A stretch of DNA of 59,038 nt from a virus. Lineage: Duplodnaviria; Heunggongvirae; Uroviricota; Caudoviricetes. The position numbers and the translations under genes were made by a program. Positions within the stretch are counted from its first letter, which is position 1. Each line of letters opens with the position of its first letter. The notes below the pieces were generated by a model. That model ran no database searches. It was not told where the DNA came from and worked only from the letters and a program-made list of their open reading frames with translations. This document shows, piece after piece, positions 38,249-46,644 of this stretch. The stretch is taken from the IMG/VR virus record IMGVR_UViG_3300021256_000061. One strand, written 5' to 3'.

Positions 38249-38656
38249 ATGAAAAGAGATTGCTGGCTGGACCCATATGGACAAATAACCTACGCCCCCT
38301 TCGGGAAGCATGAAGATGTGGCAATGCAAATCCTAAAGGATGAATTTCCCATGGAGAACGAAACCACACCCATGAGAACTGGCCCCCTTCGCGTGGACCT
38401 CTGGGATGAAAGAGGCTTCTGTGGCTCATTCGGTGAGACCCTTGAAAAAAGAGGGTGGGTAAGATTTACTACTACAATGGATAGGTGGAGCTGCGAACAT
38501 AGCATTGGTTTTGAGGATAGATATCCGCGTCCTACACGAGCACAAATAGATAGAATGTGGGAACTCACAGGATTTAACTACGACGACCCTGAATCATATA
38601 GCCACCCACCATATAACTTCGACCCATATGAACCATTTAACGAAAGTGCAAAATGA
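38249..38656 (+). CDS. hypothetical protein
   Basis: WLDPYG...HEDVA motif. Confidence 0.7.
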   Translation: MKRDCWLDPYGQITYAPFGKHEDVAMQILKDEFPMENETTPMRTGPLRVDLWDERGFCGSFGETLEKRGWVRFTTTMDRWSCEHSIGFEDRYPRPTRAQIDRMWELTGFNYDDPESYSHPPYNFDPYEPFNESAK

Positions 38657-39048
38657 CACAAGAAGATAAAGAACTACTACTTAAAGACCTCTGTGCAAGA
38701 TTACCATATGAGACATTCATCGAGATAATAGATAAAGATGGCAATGTCTATGATGAAGTTGAATTAGGGCCAGAGCATATTAATACGGCGAGATATGATG
38801 AATCCACTTCTATTCGGCCCTATCTCCGTCCAATGTCAAGTATGACAGAAAAGGAAACTTATATATTTCGTCAAGATATACTTAATGATGTAGAAGCAAG
38901 GTGTATACATAGCCTTGGATGTGGTAAATATAGTGTGGCATTTACTGAAGCTAATGATTGGCTTAACGAACATCACTTTGATTTCCGTGACCTTATTGAA
39001 AAGGGCCTCGCTCTTGAAGCACCTGAAGGGATGTATAAAATTGAGTAG
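38653..39048 (+). CDS. family B protein
   Basis: All conserved blocks. Confidence 0.9.
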   Translation: MTQEDKELLLKDLCARLPYETFIEIIDKDGNVYDEVELGPEHINTARYDESTSIRPYLRPMSSMTEKETYIFRQDILNDVEARCIHSLGCGKYSVAFTEANDWLNEHHFDFRDLIEKGLALEAPEGMYKIE

Positions 39049-39056
39049 GAAAAGAC

Positions 39057-39485
39057 ATGAAAACGATTGAAGCTATCAAAGAAATCGCCTGGCAGGTAGC
39101 CATCGAAGAATTTGTAGACGATGAAAATGAGCAGGAATTGATTAACAGAATGAGAGATTACATCAATGTTGGGCATGAGGAGTTAGGTTTGGATGCCGTA
39201 GTTATCGAATGCGCAGAAGATGCAACCGATGAGCAGATTATCACCGCTATCAATGAATATCTTAAAGAGATAGATGAAAAAAAAATAGTTATGACACAAG
39301 AAGAAAAACAATTACTATACGAACCAAAATGGTGGGCTTTATACTGCAATAATGAATTCATTTATGCGTACCCATCACATAAGTCCGCTAAAGCAGCACT
39401 GCATAGAAAGTGTGAAGAGATGAAAAATGCTCCTTATGAATGCGATGGAGAATACTACACTATAAAACCATACAATCACGGCTAA
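39057..39485 (+). CDS. probable fusion of two small genes; second starts MTQEEKQLL at 39291
   Basis: One A less in the A9 at 39277-39285 gives TAG-TT-ATG, the usual junction here. Confidence 0.6.
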   Translation: MKTIEAIKEIAWQVAIEEFVDDENEQELINRMRDYINVGHEELGLDAVVIECAEDATDEQIITAINEYLKEIDEKKIVMTQEEKQLLYEPKWWALYCNNEFIYAYPSHKSAKAALHRKCEEMKNAPYECDGEYYTIKPYNHG

Positions 39486-39523
39486 AGAAGAAAAACAACT
39501 ACATTGAAATAACACGACGAAAA

Positions 39524-39889
39524 ATGGAAAAAGAAATCATTAAAACAATCACGTTGCGCCCTGTGCGCGTTATTCGTCAATCAAAACAGAATCCCTATAT
39601 GAGAGGCCTTGTTTTGAAAAGAGAAGTTACGACAAGGGAAGCATGTCATATCTACCGCAATATCTTCCTGTTCGACATTGACCTCTCTCTTAATGACATG
39701 GAAGATAAAGAGGAAAAGGATTATTTCTATTCTGACATCACCGAAAAGATGAACGAATACCTCAAAGGCAACGCTGATTGGGGTAGTTTATGTGAGGCCA
39801 CATATTGCTACGATGATGATGAAACAGGAGCATCTGTTGCGTCGCACTTGAAACTTGTAGAATACTTGCAAAAAAGAGGGATAGTTTAA
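39524..39889 (+). CDS. hypothetical protein
   Basis: Start reassigned to MEKEIIK. Confidence 0.65.
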   Translation: MEKEIIKTITLRPVRVIRQSKQNPYMRGLVLKREVTTREACHIYRNIFLFDIDLSLNDMEDKEEKDYFYSDITEKMNEYLKGNADWGSLCEATYCYDDDETGASVASHLKLVEYLQKRGIV

Positions 39890-39917
39890 CCCGATGAAAG
39901 TCTAAAAGAGAAAGAAG

Positions 39918-40406
39918 ATGACACAAGAAGAAAAACAACTACTTATTAAAGACCTTTGTGCAAGGTTGCCGTATGGAGTAAAAATTCTTCACATTGGATG
40001 GAATTATGAATTAGATGACACGTTGGCAACAGTTGAACGTGTTGTCGGTATTGATGAAAATTGGCTCTATACTAAAGTTATTGACGACCATACAGGAGAA
40101 GAATATAGAGAAGACGAACATCCAATCGATACTTTTGATGATAAATTATATCTTCGTCCTGTTTCTTCAATGACAGATGAAGAAATGGATAAACTATTCG
40201 ATATTCTCCATGTTGACAAAGACGGAAACAATGAAGATTGGATTAAAATCAATGATGCTTTAGGAATAAAGTTCTTTTTCCCGACAGGAAAATGGGTGGA
40301 AAATGTTGCAGAAGCATATGATTATCTGAATTCAATTCATATAGATTATCGCGGACTAATTGAAATGGGACTTGCTCTTGAAGCACCTGAAGGAATGTAT
40401 AAATGA
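39918..40406 (+). CDS. family B protein
   Basis: All conserved blocks. Confidence 0.9.
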   Translation: MTQEEKQLLIKDLCARLPYGVKILHIGWNYELDDTLATVERVVGIDENWLYTKVIDDHTGEEYREDEHPIDTFDDKLYLRPVSSMTDEEMDKLFDILHVDKDGNNEDWIKINDALGIKFFFPTGKWVENVAEAYDYLNSIHIDYRGLIEMGLALEAPEGMYK

Positions 40407-40415
40407 TTTTCGACC

Positions 40416-40859
40416 ATGAAAAAAGATGATGTTATAGAAACATTTAATTTGCTACAGACGGACGAAAATGCCAAAAAAATTTTTGACGCGGATATTAGCG
40501 CCCGAATACCTTATCGTCTTCATTGTTGTGTATATAATTTTAATAGAGAAGTTTGGGTAGAAGATGATATTTTGTATAACTATGACCTTGGCGGTAATTG
40601 TCAAACATTAAAAATTTTAAATGAGCATCGTGCATGTTTGATGTATTATCAAATTCGTCCATATCTCCGTCCAATGTCAAGTATGACTGAGGAAGAGAAA
40701 AAAGAACTTAATAATGTCCTTGAGTTTCAATATTATTCTGATGATAGTTGTATGTGCGAGTCTACCGATTGGCTCAATGCCCATCAATTTGATTATCGCG
40801 GACTGATTCCTATGGGACTTGCATTAGAAGCAAAGGAAGGAATGTATAAAACTGAATAG
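40416..40859 (+). CDS. family B protein with divergent N-terminus
   Basis: ARIPY, PYLRPMSSMT and tail present. Confidence 0.85.
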   Translation: MKKDDVIETFNLLQTDENAKKIFDADISARIPYRLHCCVYNFNREVWVEDDILYNYDLGGNCQTLKILNEHRACLMYYQIRPYLRPMSSMTEEEKKELNNVLEFQYYSDDSCMCESTDWLNAHQFDYRGLIPMGLALEAKEGMYKTE

Positions 40860-40862
40860 AAC

Positions 40863-41090
40863 ATGAACAGGAAAGACGAAATCATCATCGAGGCCGAGAA
40901 GGACCTTATGGACCTCATACCAAGACTCAAGGGAATGCATGGGGCGTACCTCCGTGAACGCGACTACCGTACCATACGAAACCTCGCAATGGCGGCTAAC
41001 AAAATAAAGGGAGACTGCATGAGAATCATGGACACTTTCGATTTCGTGGACCCCAACATGAGGGACGGGGACCGCGAGGTGCTGAGGTAA
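40863..41090 (+). CDS. hypothetical protein flanked by family B tail repeats
   Basis: GC-richer than neighbours; tail remnant at 41092-41129. Confidence 0.7.
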   Translation: MNRKDEIIIEAEKDLMDLIPRLKGMHGAYLRERDYRTIRNLAMAANKIKGDCMRIMDTFDFVDPNMRDGDREVLR

Positions 41091-41135
41091 CAAAAAAGGA
41101 CTTGCTCTTGAAGCAAAAGAAGGATTATACAGATT

Positions 41136-41312
41136 ATGATTTGGATTATATTGTTGTTTGTTGCATATTGTATATTGGGTTCATTTATCTGTTATAAGAT
41201 AGATGTTCTTGATATGTTGAATGAGAATGATATACTGGATAATGTAATAGGGGGGATACTGATTGCCTTCTGGCCTATCACACTTATGGCTCATTTTTTA
41301 TTGGATGATTAA
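41136..41312 (+). CDS. small membrane protein (58 aa)
   Basis: Two TM segments; AFWPITL like 6606 LVWPISL. Confidence 0.6.
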   Translation: MIWIILLFVAYCILGSFICYKIDVLDMLNENDILDNVIGGILIAFWPITLMAHFLLDD

Positions 41313-41317
41313 TAGTT

Positions 41318-41464
41318 ATGACACAGGAAGAAAAACAACTACTACTGAAAGACTTGACTTATGGGGAATTGGAGCACCTCGTGGCGTTTCAAAAGGAACT
41401 TCGGCAGTTAGAATTACAGATATTAAACAATATCTCCATCCCTTTAGATAGGCTTAACGCTTGA
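41318..41464 (+). pseudogene. internally deleted family B gene
   Basis: MTQEEKQLLLKDL head; out-of-frame IKQYLHP resembles KPYLRP. Confidence 0.65.
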
Positions 41465-41469
41465 AATAT

Positions 41470-41907
41470 ATGAAACTGATTAAATTTGGCTCACGTCATT
41501 CTTTTTATGATTGGTTCTGGAGAAATAATAGAAATGAAAATTATCCCCTAATCCAACTTAATTACCCCCATTGCTGGGAAGAAGATACACATATTTATAG
41601 AGCCGTTGAAAATGGAAAGGATGTGGGCGTTATCTTCATTTCCTGCTGTTTCCCAGGCGAAATGTATATAGACCTTTTTGAAATAAAAAGAAATTCCCAG
41701 AGAAAAAGACTTGGAACGGAAATGTTTAACCTCCTTATGAAAAGCCATAAACCAACCTTCATCCAACTCCAATGCGTAGAAGATGATAATGCCGCCCTCT
41801 CCTTCTGGAAAAAAATGGGCTTCCATAAAAATATGGTTCTAGGTTTTGATGATGGCCTCATGTATAAAAAAATTACAAAAAAATATTGGAAAACCGTAGA
41901 AGGATAA
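41470..41907 (+). CDS. GNAT-family acetyltransferase
   Basis: YIDLFEIKRNSQRKRLGTEMF; AALSFWKKMGF. Confidence 0.8.
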   Translation: MKLIKFGSRHSFYDWFWRNNRNENYPLIQLNYPHCWEEDTHIYRAVENGKDVGVIFISCCFPGEMYIDLFEIKRNSQRKRLGTEMFNLLMKSHKPTFIQLQCVEDDNAALSFWKKMGFHKNMVLGFDDGLMYKKITKKYWKTVEG

Positions 41908-41976
41908 TGAGAAACTTACTGTAAGTTTTATCTTTTCCGTAATAATGAATAAAGAATATTATTACTACCTTAACGT

Positions 41977-42993
41977 ATGAACAAAGTAGAAAGATATCAA
42001 ACAATTGATGGCTTGTTATTTGAAGATTACGTAAAAGCTCTTGAGCATGAAAACGCAACCCTTCTTGCTATGGTAAAGAAAAATACGACCGTAGACGAGA
42101 AAAGCTTGCGTGATATATATTGTAAAGTTATAGACCTCCCTAACGGCCCTGGCGTATACCTCTTAAATAATTTGAAATATGATAAGAAGTATGTTGGCTC
42201 TGCAATATCTATACGAAATAGACTGTACAATTTCTTGGCTGGAGGACATCACTCTAATAAAACGCTCGCGGACGATAGAATAAACTCACAATTAACCGAC
42301 TGGGAAATTTCCGTCCTGGAAAACATAAAACAAGAAGATATTTGTGAATTGGAAGAAAAAGAAAAATATTATATAGAACTCTTGAAAAGTTATGTACCAA
42401 ATGGCTATAACGTTGTAAAACCATGTCGGAAAAACAAAGACTTAGAACATGCGGAAAATAATTATAGCACCACAATGTCGAAGCACCTCCTACATGAAAA
42501 ATTTACGTCTATAGAACATAAGGCACATAGGTTGGGCTATGAAGTTGCATTTAACGAAAAAGAATTGGACACTTTTTTATGTAATGCAAATCCCCCTGCG
42601 CGATGGCGCATAGATTTCACCCTTTCTCTTTTATTACAAAATAGGGTCACAAAAACCGTTGAAATTTCGGACTTGTGCTTTATTCCTGATTTTTTAGAAC
42701 GAAATTCTCTTTTTTATAAAAATGAATTGTACTCTGTAAAAAGAGTTCCAAACCAGGACGATACGGAATGGTATTATTCCTACACCTGTAATAAAAAACA
42801 GTACGAAGAGAGAGGATTTAAAACTTATGACGACGCCGTATTGGGCTTTACAAAATCTCGCCTTGAAAGAATACGCGAATTTGCAGAGAATGAAAAAGAA
42901 AACCTATCAGATGAGATATATAGAAAACTGACCAGCATAAACCCTGAAAATTATATGACTGTGTTATATGTCACATATAAGAAAGCTGCTTAA
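41977..42993 (+). CDS. GIY-YIG (homing) endonuclease
   Basis: PGVYLL...KYVGSA..IRNRL...EKYYI...NGYN. Confidence 0.85.
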   Translation: MNKVERYQTIDGLLFEDYVKALEHENATLLAMVKKNTTVDEKSLRDIYCKVIDLPNGPGVYLLNNLKYDKKYVGSAISIRNRLYNFLAGGHHSNKTLADDRINSQLTDWEISVLENIKQEDICELEEKEKYYIELLKSYVPNGYNVVKPCRKNKDLEHAENNYSTTMSKHLLHEKFTSIEHKAHRLGYEVAFNEKELDTFLCNANPPARWRIDFTLSLLLQNRVTKTVEISDLCFIPDFLERNSLFYKNELYSVKRVPNQDDTEWYYSYTCNKKQYEERGFKTYDDAVLGFTKSRLERIREFAENEKENLSDEIYRKLTSINPENYMTVLYVTYKKAA

Positions 42994-43183
42994 CGCCCGA
43001 AAATAGGTCTGGAAAAGGCCATTTCCAACTGTGTCTCGTGTTAAATTTTTAAATTTTTTTCAAAATTTTTTTTCAGGATTTTTGAGCTTCTCCAGGGGTG
43101 CCCTTGGTGCTCATTTAATTCGATTACATTTTTTTCATAGAATAAAAAAACTCGATGAAATTTCTTTCACCGAGCGTTTTTAA

Positions 43184-43396
43184 TTATTCATCCTTTTTAT
43201 TATCTTCAGACGGGGGCGTGACATTCACGGGGTCGTCGATATGTTCAAGTCCATCGAGGACGATAAAGAAGCCAGCGACTCCGAGGAGTGCATTAAAGAT
43301 AAAGGTAGCGAAGAGACCACCAACGGCTAAAAGGAGGAATGAGACGCCGATGAGGATTTCACCGAGGACGAATAATTTTTTAAATAAAGTTTTCAT
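43184..43396 (-). CDS. small membrane protein
   Basis: Two TM segments, acidic tail. Confidence 0.65.
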   Translation of the reverse strand: MKTLFKKLFVLGEILIGVSFLLLAVGGLFATFIFNALLGVAGFFIVLDGLEHIDDPVNVTPPSEDNKKDE

Positions 43397-43478
43397 ATAT
43401 AAAATTGTTTACACAATAAATAGTCTGGATAGAGCAAGGGGATAGAAAAAGTATTATTTTAAAGCGACATTCAGTGAT

Positions 43479-43512
43479 AAAAAATGCCTGGGAGAAAAAT
43501 CTTCCAGGCATT
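43479..43512 (-). terminator. intrinsic terminator
   Basis: tgcctggaag...ctcccaggca plus T6 on minus. Confidence 0.75.
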
Positions 43513-43529
43513 GTCAGAAAAGAGAAAAA

Positions 43530-44522
43530 TTATTTAATAAATTTTATTGTGCCGTCTTTAATCTCTATATCTTTTACGTCGTCTGAAGTCTCTAACTTCT
43601 TATTGGTGGTTTTATTATTATGGAGTTTAATAACGGTAAGGATAGCGTAGTTAGCCATATCGAGGAGTGTATCTTCGACGGATTCATCTTTAACTTCAAT
43701 TTGTCCGTTATCGTTAATAGCTTTAAGGCGGTTATATTTATCTTTGATACGGAGGAGTGCTGAGGTCATTCCATATTCATCAAAGAGTTCATCGAAAGAG
43801 GAGCCATAATCTTTATTTTTTCTCTTATAGGTATCGAACATTTTGTCGACGATAGACTTAAAGAGTTTTTCATTGGGTGAGAGATTTTCTGTTTCATTAT
43901 TTTCCTTTACAGGGAATTCATCCAAGAGGCAAGCCTTAGCGATAGACTCAGGGAATTTTTTATGTTTTTTAATCCAGGCATCTACAGCGTTGCGATAGTC
44001 ATTATATTTTTTAACGATATCACCAGCGCCAGGGAAAAGTTCAGGGAAAGGTTTCATATCCGCTTCACTATCCAGCTGAGTCATTTTATTCCATTCTTCT
44101 ACGAAGTCAAAATCGCGGGTTCTGGGGTCGACAGGAGTTTCACCTACAGGAGGTTCTTTCTCCAAATCGAGAGATGCTTTTAATTCATTCTTTTTTTCTT
44201 TAAGTATCTTATCTGCCTTAGAATTTATTTCATTAGTTCTTTCTGCGAGCTCTTTGTTAAGTGGGCAGGCATCATCTGAACACTCGACACATGTATTGCT
44301 GAAGGGACATTCCTGTGCATCTTCCTCGTAGCATTTTGCGGGACAGTATTCATCACTACATGTGTCACAGTCCCCATAGCATATTTCATCGGCATTTAGG
44401 GGGTTATTATTAATAGGTTCATTGTTTACCTTTTCAGGTTTAACAACAGTAACAGGAATAACCGTCTTTGCACTTCTATTAGCATTAAGTGTTTTCTCAA
44501 GTTCCTTAACAGACTTTTTCAT
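43530..44522 (-). CDS. DUF1599 (nucleotide-modification-associated)-type protein with Cys-rich N-terminal region
   Basis: KNKDYGSSF...RIKDKYNRL...ESVEDTLLDMANYA; start reassigned to MKKSVKE. Confidence 0.8.
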   Translation of the reverse strand: MKKSVKELEKTLNANRSAKTVIPVTVVKPEKVNNEPINNNPLNADEICYGDCDTCSDEYCPAKCYEEDAQECPFSNTCVECSDDACPLNKELAERTNEINSKADKILKEKKNELKASLDLEKEPPVGETPVDPRTRDFDFVEEWNKMTQLDSEADMKPFPELFPGAGDIVKKYNDYRNAVDAWIKKHKKFPESIAKACLLDEFPVKENNETENLSPNEKLFKSIVDKMFDTYKRKNKDYGSSFDELFDEYGMTSALLRIKDKYNRLKAINDNGQIEVKDESVEDTLLDMANYAILTVIKLHNNKTTNKKLETSDDVKDIEIKDGTIKFIK

Positions 44523-44560
44523 GTAATTAAAATATTGGTTCTTTATTATTATCGATTTAT

Positions 44561-44592
44561 CAAATATATGTTCTTTTATTGAAAAAAGCAAG
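44561..44592 (-). promoter_or_regulatory. Bacteroidetes housekeeping-sigma promoter
   Basis: CTTG-N20-TATATTTG on minus. Confidence 0.6.
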
Positions 44593-44677
44593 GGAAAATA
44601 ATTTGATTACTTTTTTATCTATTATAATAAGAAATATATTTCTTATTATATAGATAACTACGTGGTGGTATAGTCAT

Positions 44678-44706
44678 AAAAAAAATCCCCAGCATTAAGC
44701 CAGGGA
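44678..44706 (-). terminator. intrinsic terminator after tRNA-like RNA
   Basis: tccctggc-ttaat-gctgggga plus T8. Confidence 0.7.
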
Positions 44707-44727
44707 AGAGAGAGAGGTAAAGAATTG

Positions 44728-44748
44728 TATATACTCAAAAGAGTACCT
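44728..44748 (-). promoter_or_regulatory. AGGTACTCTTTTGAGTATATA motif copy 1
   Basis: Exact 21-mer abutting the CCA end. Confidence 0.7.
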
Positions 44749-44890
44749 GGAGCCACTGCTGGGAATCGAACCCAGACCACGATGGGGGCTAGCGAGAACT
44801 ATGGAAATTGTCATCTAATTTTTTGCTAATCGCAAGCCTTAACGATATCACATCGGTTAATCCCAATGTATGCCCATACACCACACTGGC
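44748..44890 (-). ncRNA. atypical tRNA-like RNA (143 nt)
   Basis: GCCAGTG/CAGTGGC-U-CCA acceptor, CTGGG-TTCGATT-CCCAG T arm, small D arm, long insert, no canonical anticodon loop. Confidence 0.7.
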
Positions 44891-44894
44891 AAAA

Positions 44895-45079
44895 CAACAC
44901 TTCTAAAAGCAGGATACTTCAAACCTCGTGTTATACCTGGTGCACCAGGAGATTTTTACGGAGGGGGTTTCACTTTCCTTCGTCAGGTAATGCAGAACCA
45001 TTAAGGAGCCCTAAAAGCCCTGGGGTGTTTTCCTGAGACGCGATATTGACACAGACGTAAAGTCTCAGGCCTTAATAAT
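44895..45079 (-). ncRNA. candidate structured ncRNA upstream of tRNA-like RNA
   Basis: Helices 45001-06/45070-75 and 45032-39/45062-69; 14-bp palindrome 44936-49; no ORF; starts at a promoter. Confidence 0.4.
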
Positions 45080-45084
45080 CTATT

Positions 45085-45116
45085 CAAAGATACTATATTT
45101 TTTTTGAAAAAACAAA
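45085..45116 (-). promoter_or_regulatory. Bacteroidetes housekeeping-sigma promoter driving the non-coding unit
   Basis: TTTG-N20-TATCTTTG on minus. Confidence 0.7.
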
Positions 45117-45350
45117 GGTAAAATAATCTATTTCGCTGCCATCGATAAGGAGTCTTGATACGGGGACTTCAAGGGCGTTAGCGATGCCCATCAATGTGAA
45201 TAGGGTGGGATTTCCATGGAGGGTACGGCTTAGGCTTTCTGGAGCCATGTTCACTCTCATAGCAATGTCTTTCATTTTAAGTCCCCTATTCTTACACAGG
45301 TCGCGGACATTATTCAACAGTGAGGAGGATATGTTTGATTTAGATGCCAT
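45093..45350 (-). CDS. XRE-family helix-turn-helix regulator
   Basis: LKMKDIAMRVNMAPESLSRTLHGNPTLFTLMGIANALEVPVSRLL. Confidence 0.9.
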   Translation of the reverse strand: MASKSNISSSLLNNVRDLCKNRGLKMKDIAMRVNMAPESLSRTLHGNPTLFTLMGIANALEVPVSRLLIDGSEIDYFTFVFSKKI

Positions 45351-45415
45351 TTTTTCTTATCTAATAAATCTTCGATAATTGTTGAATATCTAATAAAACC
45401 TCGATAATGTTACTG

Positions 45416-45436
45416 TATATACTCAAAAGAGTCCCT
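45416..45436 (-). promoter_or_regulatory. 21-nt motif copy 2
   Basis: AGGGACTCTTTTGAGTATATA (1 mismatch). Confidence 0.7.
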
Positions 45437-45438
45437 GA

Positions 45439-45672
45439 TTATCCATTCTTCGGGTCTTTCTCTACCGCCTTCCTGGTTTCTCTTTCCAGCCATTCTTGAA
45501 GGGATTCTTTCGCCTCTACTTTATATACCCAGCGTTGTTTATACTTTGTCCAGGATTTAATGACGACGAATTCTTCATCCTTATCTTCAAAGAGTGTAAC
45601 TACATACCAGGGGTCTCTATCCCAGCCGCGAAATTTAAGCCCTGGCTTAATTTCATTAGATTTATTTGCCAT
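45439..45672 (-). CDS. hypothetical protein
   Basis: Co-oriented minus-arm ORF. Confidence 0.7.
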   Translation of the reverse strand: MANKSNEIKPGLKFRGWDRDPWYVVTLFEDKDEEFVVIKSWTKYKQRWVYKVEAKESLQEWLERETRKAVEKDPKNG

Positions 45673-45676
45673 ATTA

Positions 45677-45895
45677 TTACTTTTCTGTTTCTTTAAGATA
45701 TTTCCAGGCCATTTTAAGTGACTTACGGATTCTGTTTGAACGGAAGTGATGTTCTTCTTTGGTGATGGGGCTGTGGAGTTTTACGACAAACTGTTCCTTA
45801 CGATGTGTTGCGTAGTTGTCATAATAGATATCACACGAAAGAAAGGGGGAATGCTTACGAATTTTTACAAGCATTTTTTCAACAAAGGTATTCAT
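45677..45895 (-). CDS. hypothetical protein
   Basis: Co-oriented minus-arm ORF. Confidence 0.65.
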   Translation of the reverse strand: MNTFVEKMLVKIRKHSPFLSCDIYYDNYATHRKEQFVVKLHSPITKEEHHFRSNRIRKSLKMAWKYLKETEK

Positions 45896-45901
45896 AATCT
45901 T

Positions 45902-46216
45902 TTAAACTTTATATGTTTCTTTAATGGGGGTTGAGTATGTTTCACTTGGGTCATCATTGAAGAACCACGTGGCTGTCATTGTTTTGAAGTCCCAGGTGAT
46001 TGTTTTATTCCAGGCGGTGGTCACTCTTGTTTCCTCCATTATTTCTCCCAGGGTAAACTCTGCCAGATAGACTCCTAGTTTGGTCCCGCTCTTGTCGAAG
46101 AACTCTATCTCAAAGGACCTGTGGTTGTGATTCAGATGTTCTATATAGAGAAGATAGAGCATTAACGCGACGAGCACGAGGAGGATTAATATTATTGCGA
46201 ATATTTTCATATGCAT
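45902..46216 (-). CDS. protein with N-terminal TM anchor
   Basis: MKIFAIILILLVLVALMLYLLY. Confidence 0.65.
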   Translation of the reverse strand: MHMKIFAIILILLVLVALMLYLLYIEHLNHNHRSFEIEFFDKSGTKLGVYLAEFTLGEIMEETRVTTAWNKTITWDFKTMTATWFFNDDPSETYSTPIKETYKV

Positions 46217-46240
46217 GTAGGTGTTTAAAGGTTACCGCGG

Positions 46241-46510
46241 TTACAGCTCATTGATGAGCTTGGCCAGGACGTCTTCGGCGTCGATTGCTTTGGATACATC
46301 TCCAGCCAGGACATGGACGCCGTCGATGAATACGCCGTTGGCCCCGTTATCTGTAAGATGGACGTCTATAGTATACGGTCCTGCCTGCAGCGGCGTGCCA
46401 TGGCCATACTTACGAATCAGTTTATACAGGGAGAGTTCTACGTCTCCACATAAATCCCCGAGTCTTCTCAGATGTGAGGAAATTTCATTGGTAATATTAG
46501 TATCTATCAT
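46241..46510 (-). CDS. hypothetical protein
   Basis: ATG 13 nt after motif copy 3. Confidence 0.7.
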   Translation of the reverse strand: MIDTNITNEISSHLRRLGDLCGDVELSLYKLIRKYGHGTPLQAGPYTIDVHLTDNGANGVFIDGVHVLAGDVSKAIDAEDVLAKLINEL

Positions 46511-46523
46511 CTCTTTAATCTTC

Positions 46524-46544
46524 TATATACTCAAAAGAGTACCT
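46524..46544 (-). promoter_or_regulatory. 21-nt motif copy 3
   Basis: Exact AGGTACTCTTTTGAGTATATA. Confidence 0.75.
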
Positions 46545-46644
46545 TTTCTTCAAAAATCGTACCAAGTTTAGGGTAACTTTTCGGGTGAATGCTCTTTCAC
46601 AGTTTTACACTGAGCAAACCTTCAGTCTCGAGATGGTTCCCTGG

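Noticed and set aside
4866-41464. CRISPR array or diversity-generating retroelement explaining the repeats
   Set aside because: Repeats are in-frame coding blocks at irregular spacing; no reverse transcriptase and no adenine-only TR/VR pair seen.
44960-44985. RNase P RNA (GAAGGAAAGT resembles CR-I)
   Set aside because: No P4 partner or CR-V sequence found.
44960-44995. Hammerhead ribozyme (CTGACGA...GAAAC on minus)
   Set aside because: Stem II does not pair beyond one base pair, and no stem I/III with a UH site could be built.
44748-45079. tmRNA
   Set aside because: No G3-U70 pair; the acceptor partner is at 44890, not the transcript start; no tag ORF evident.
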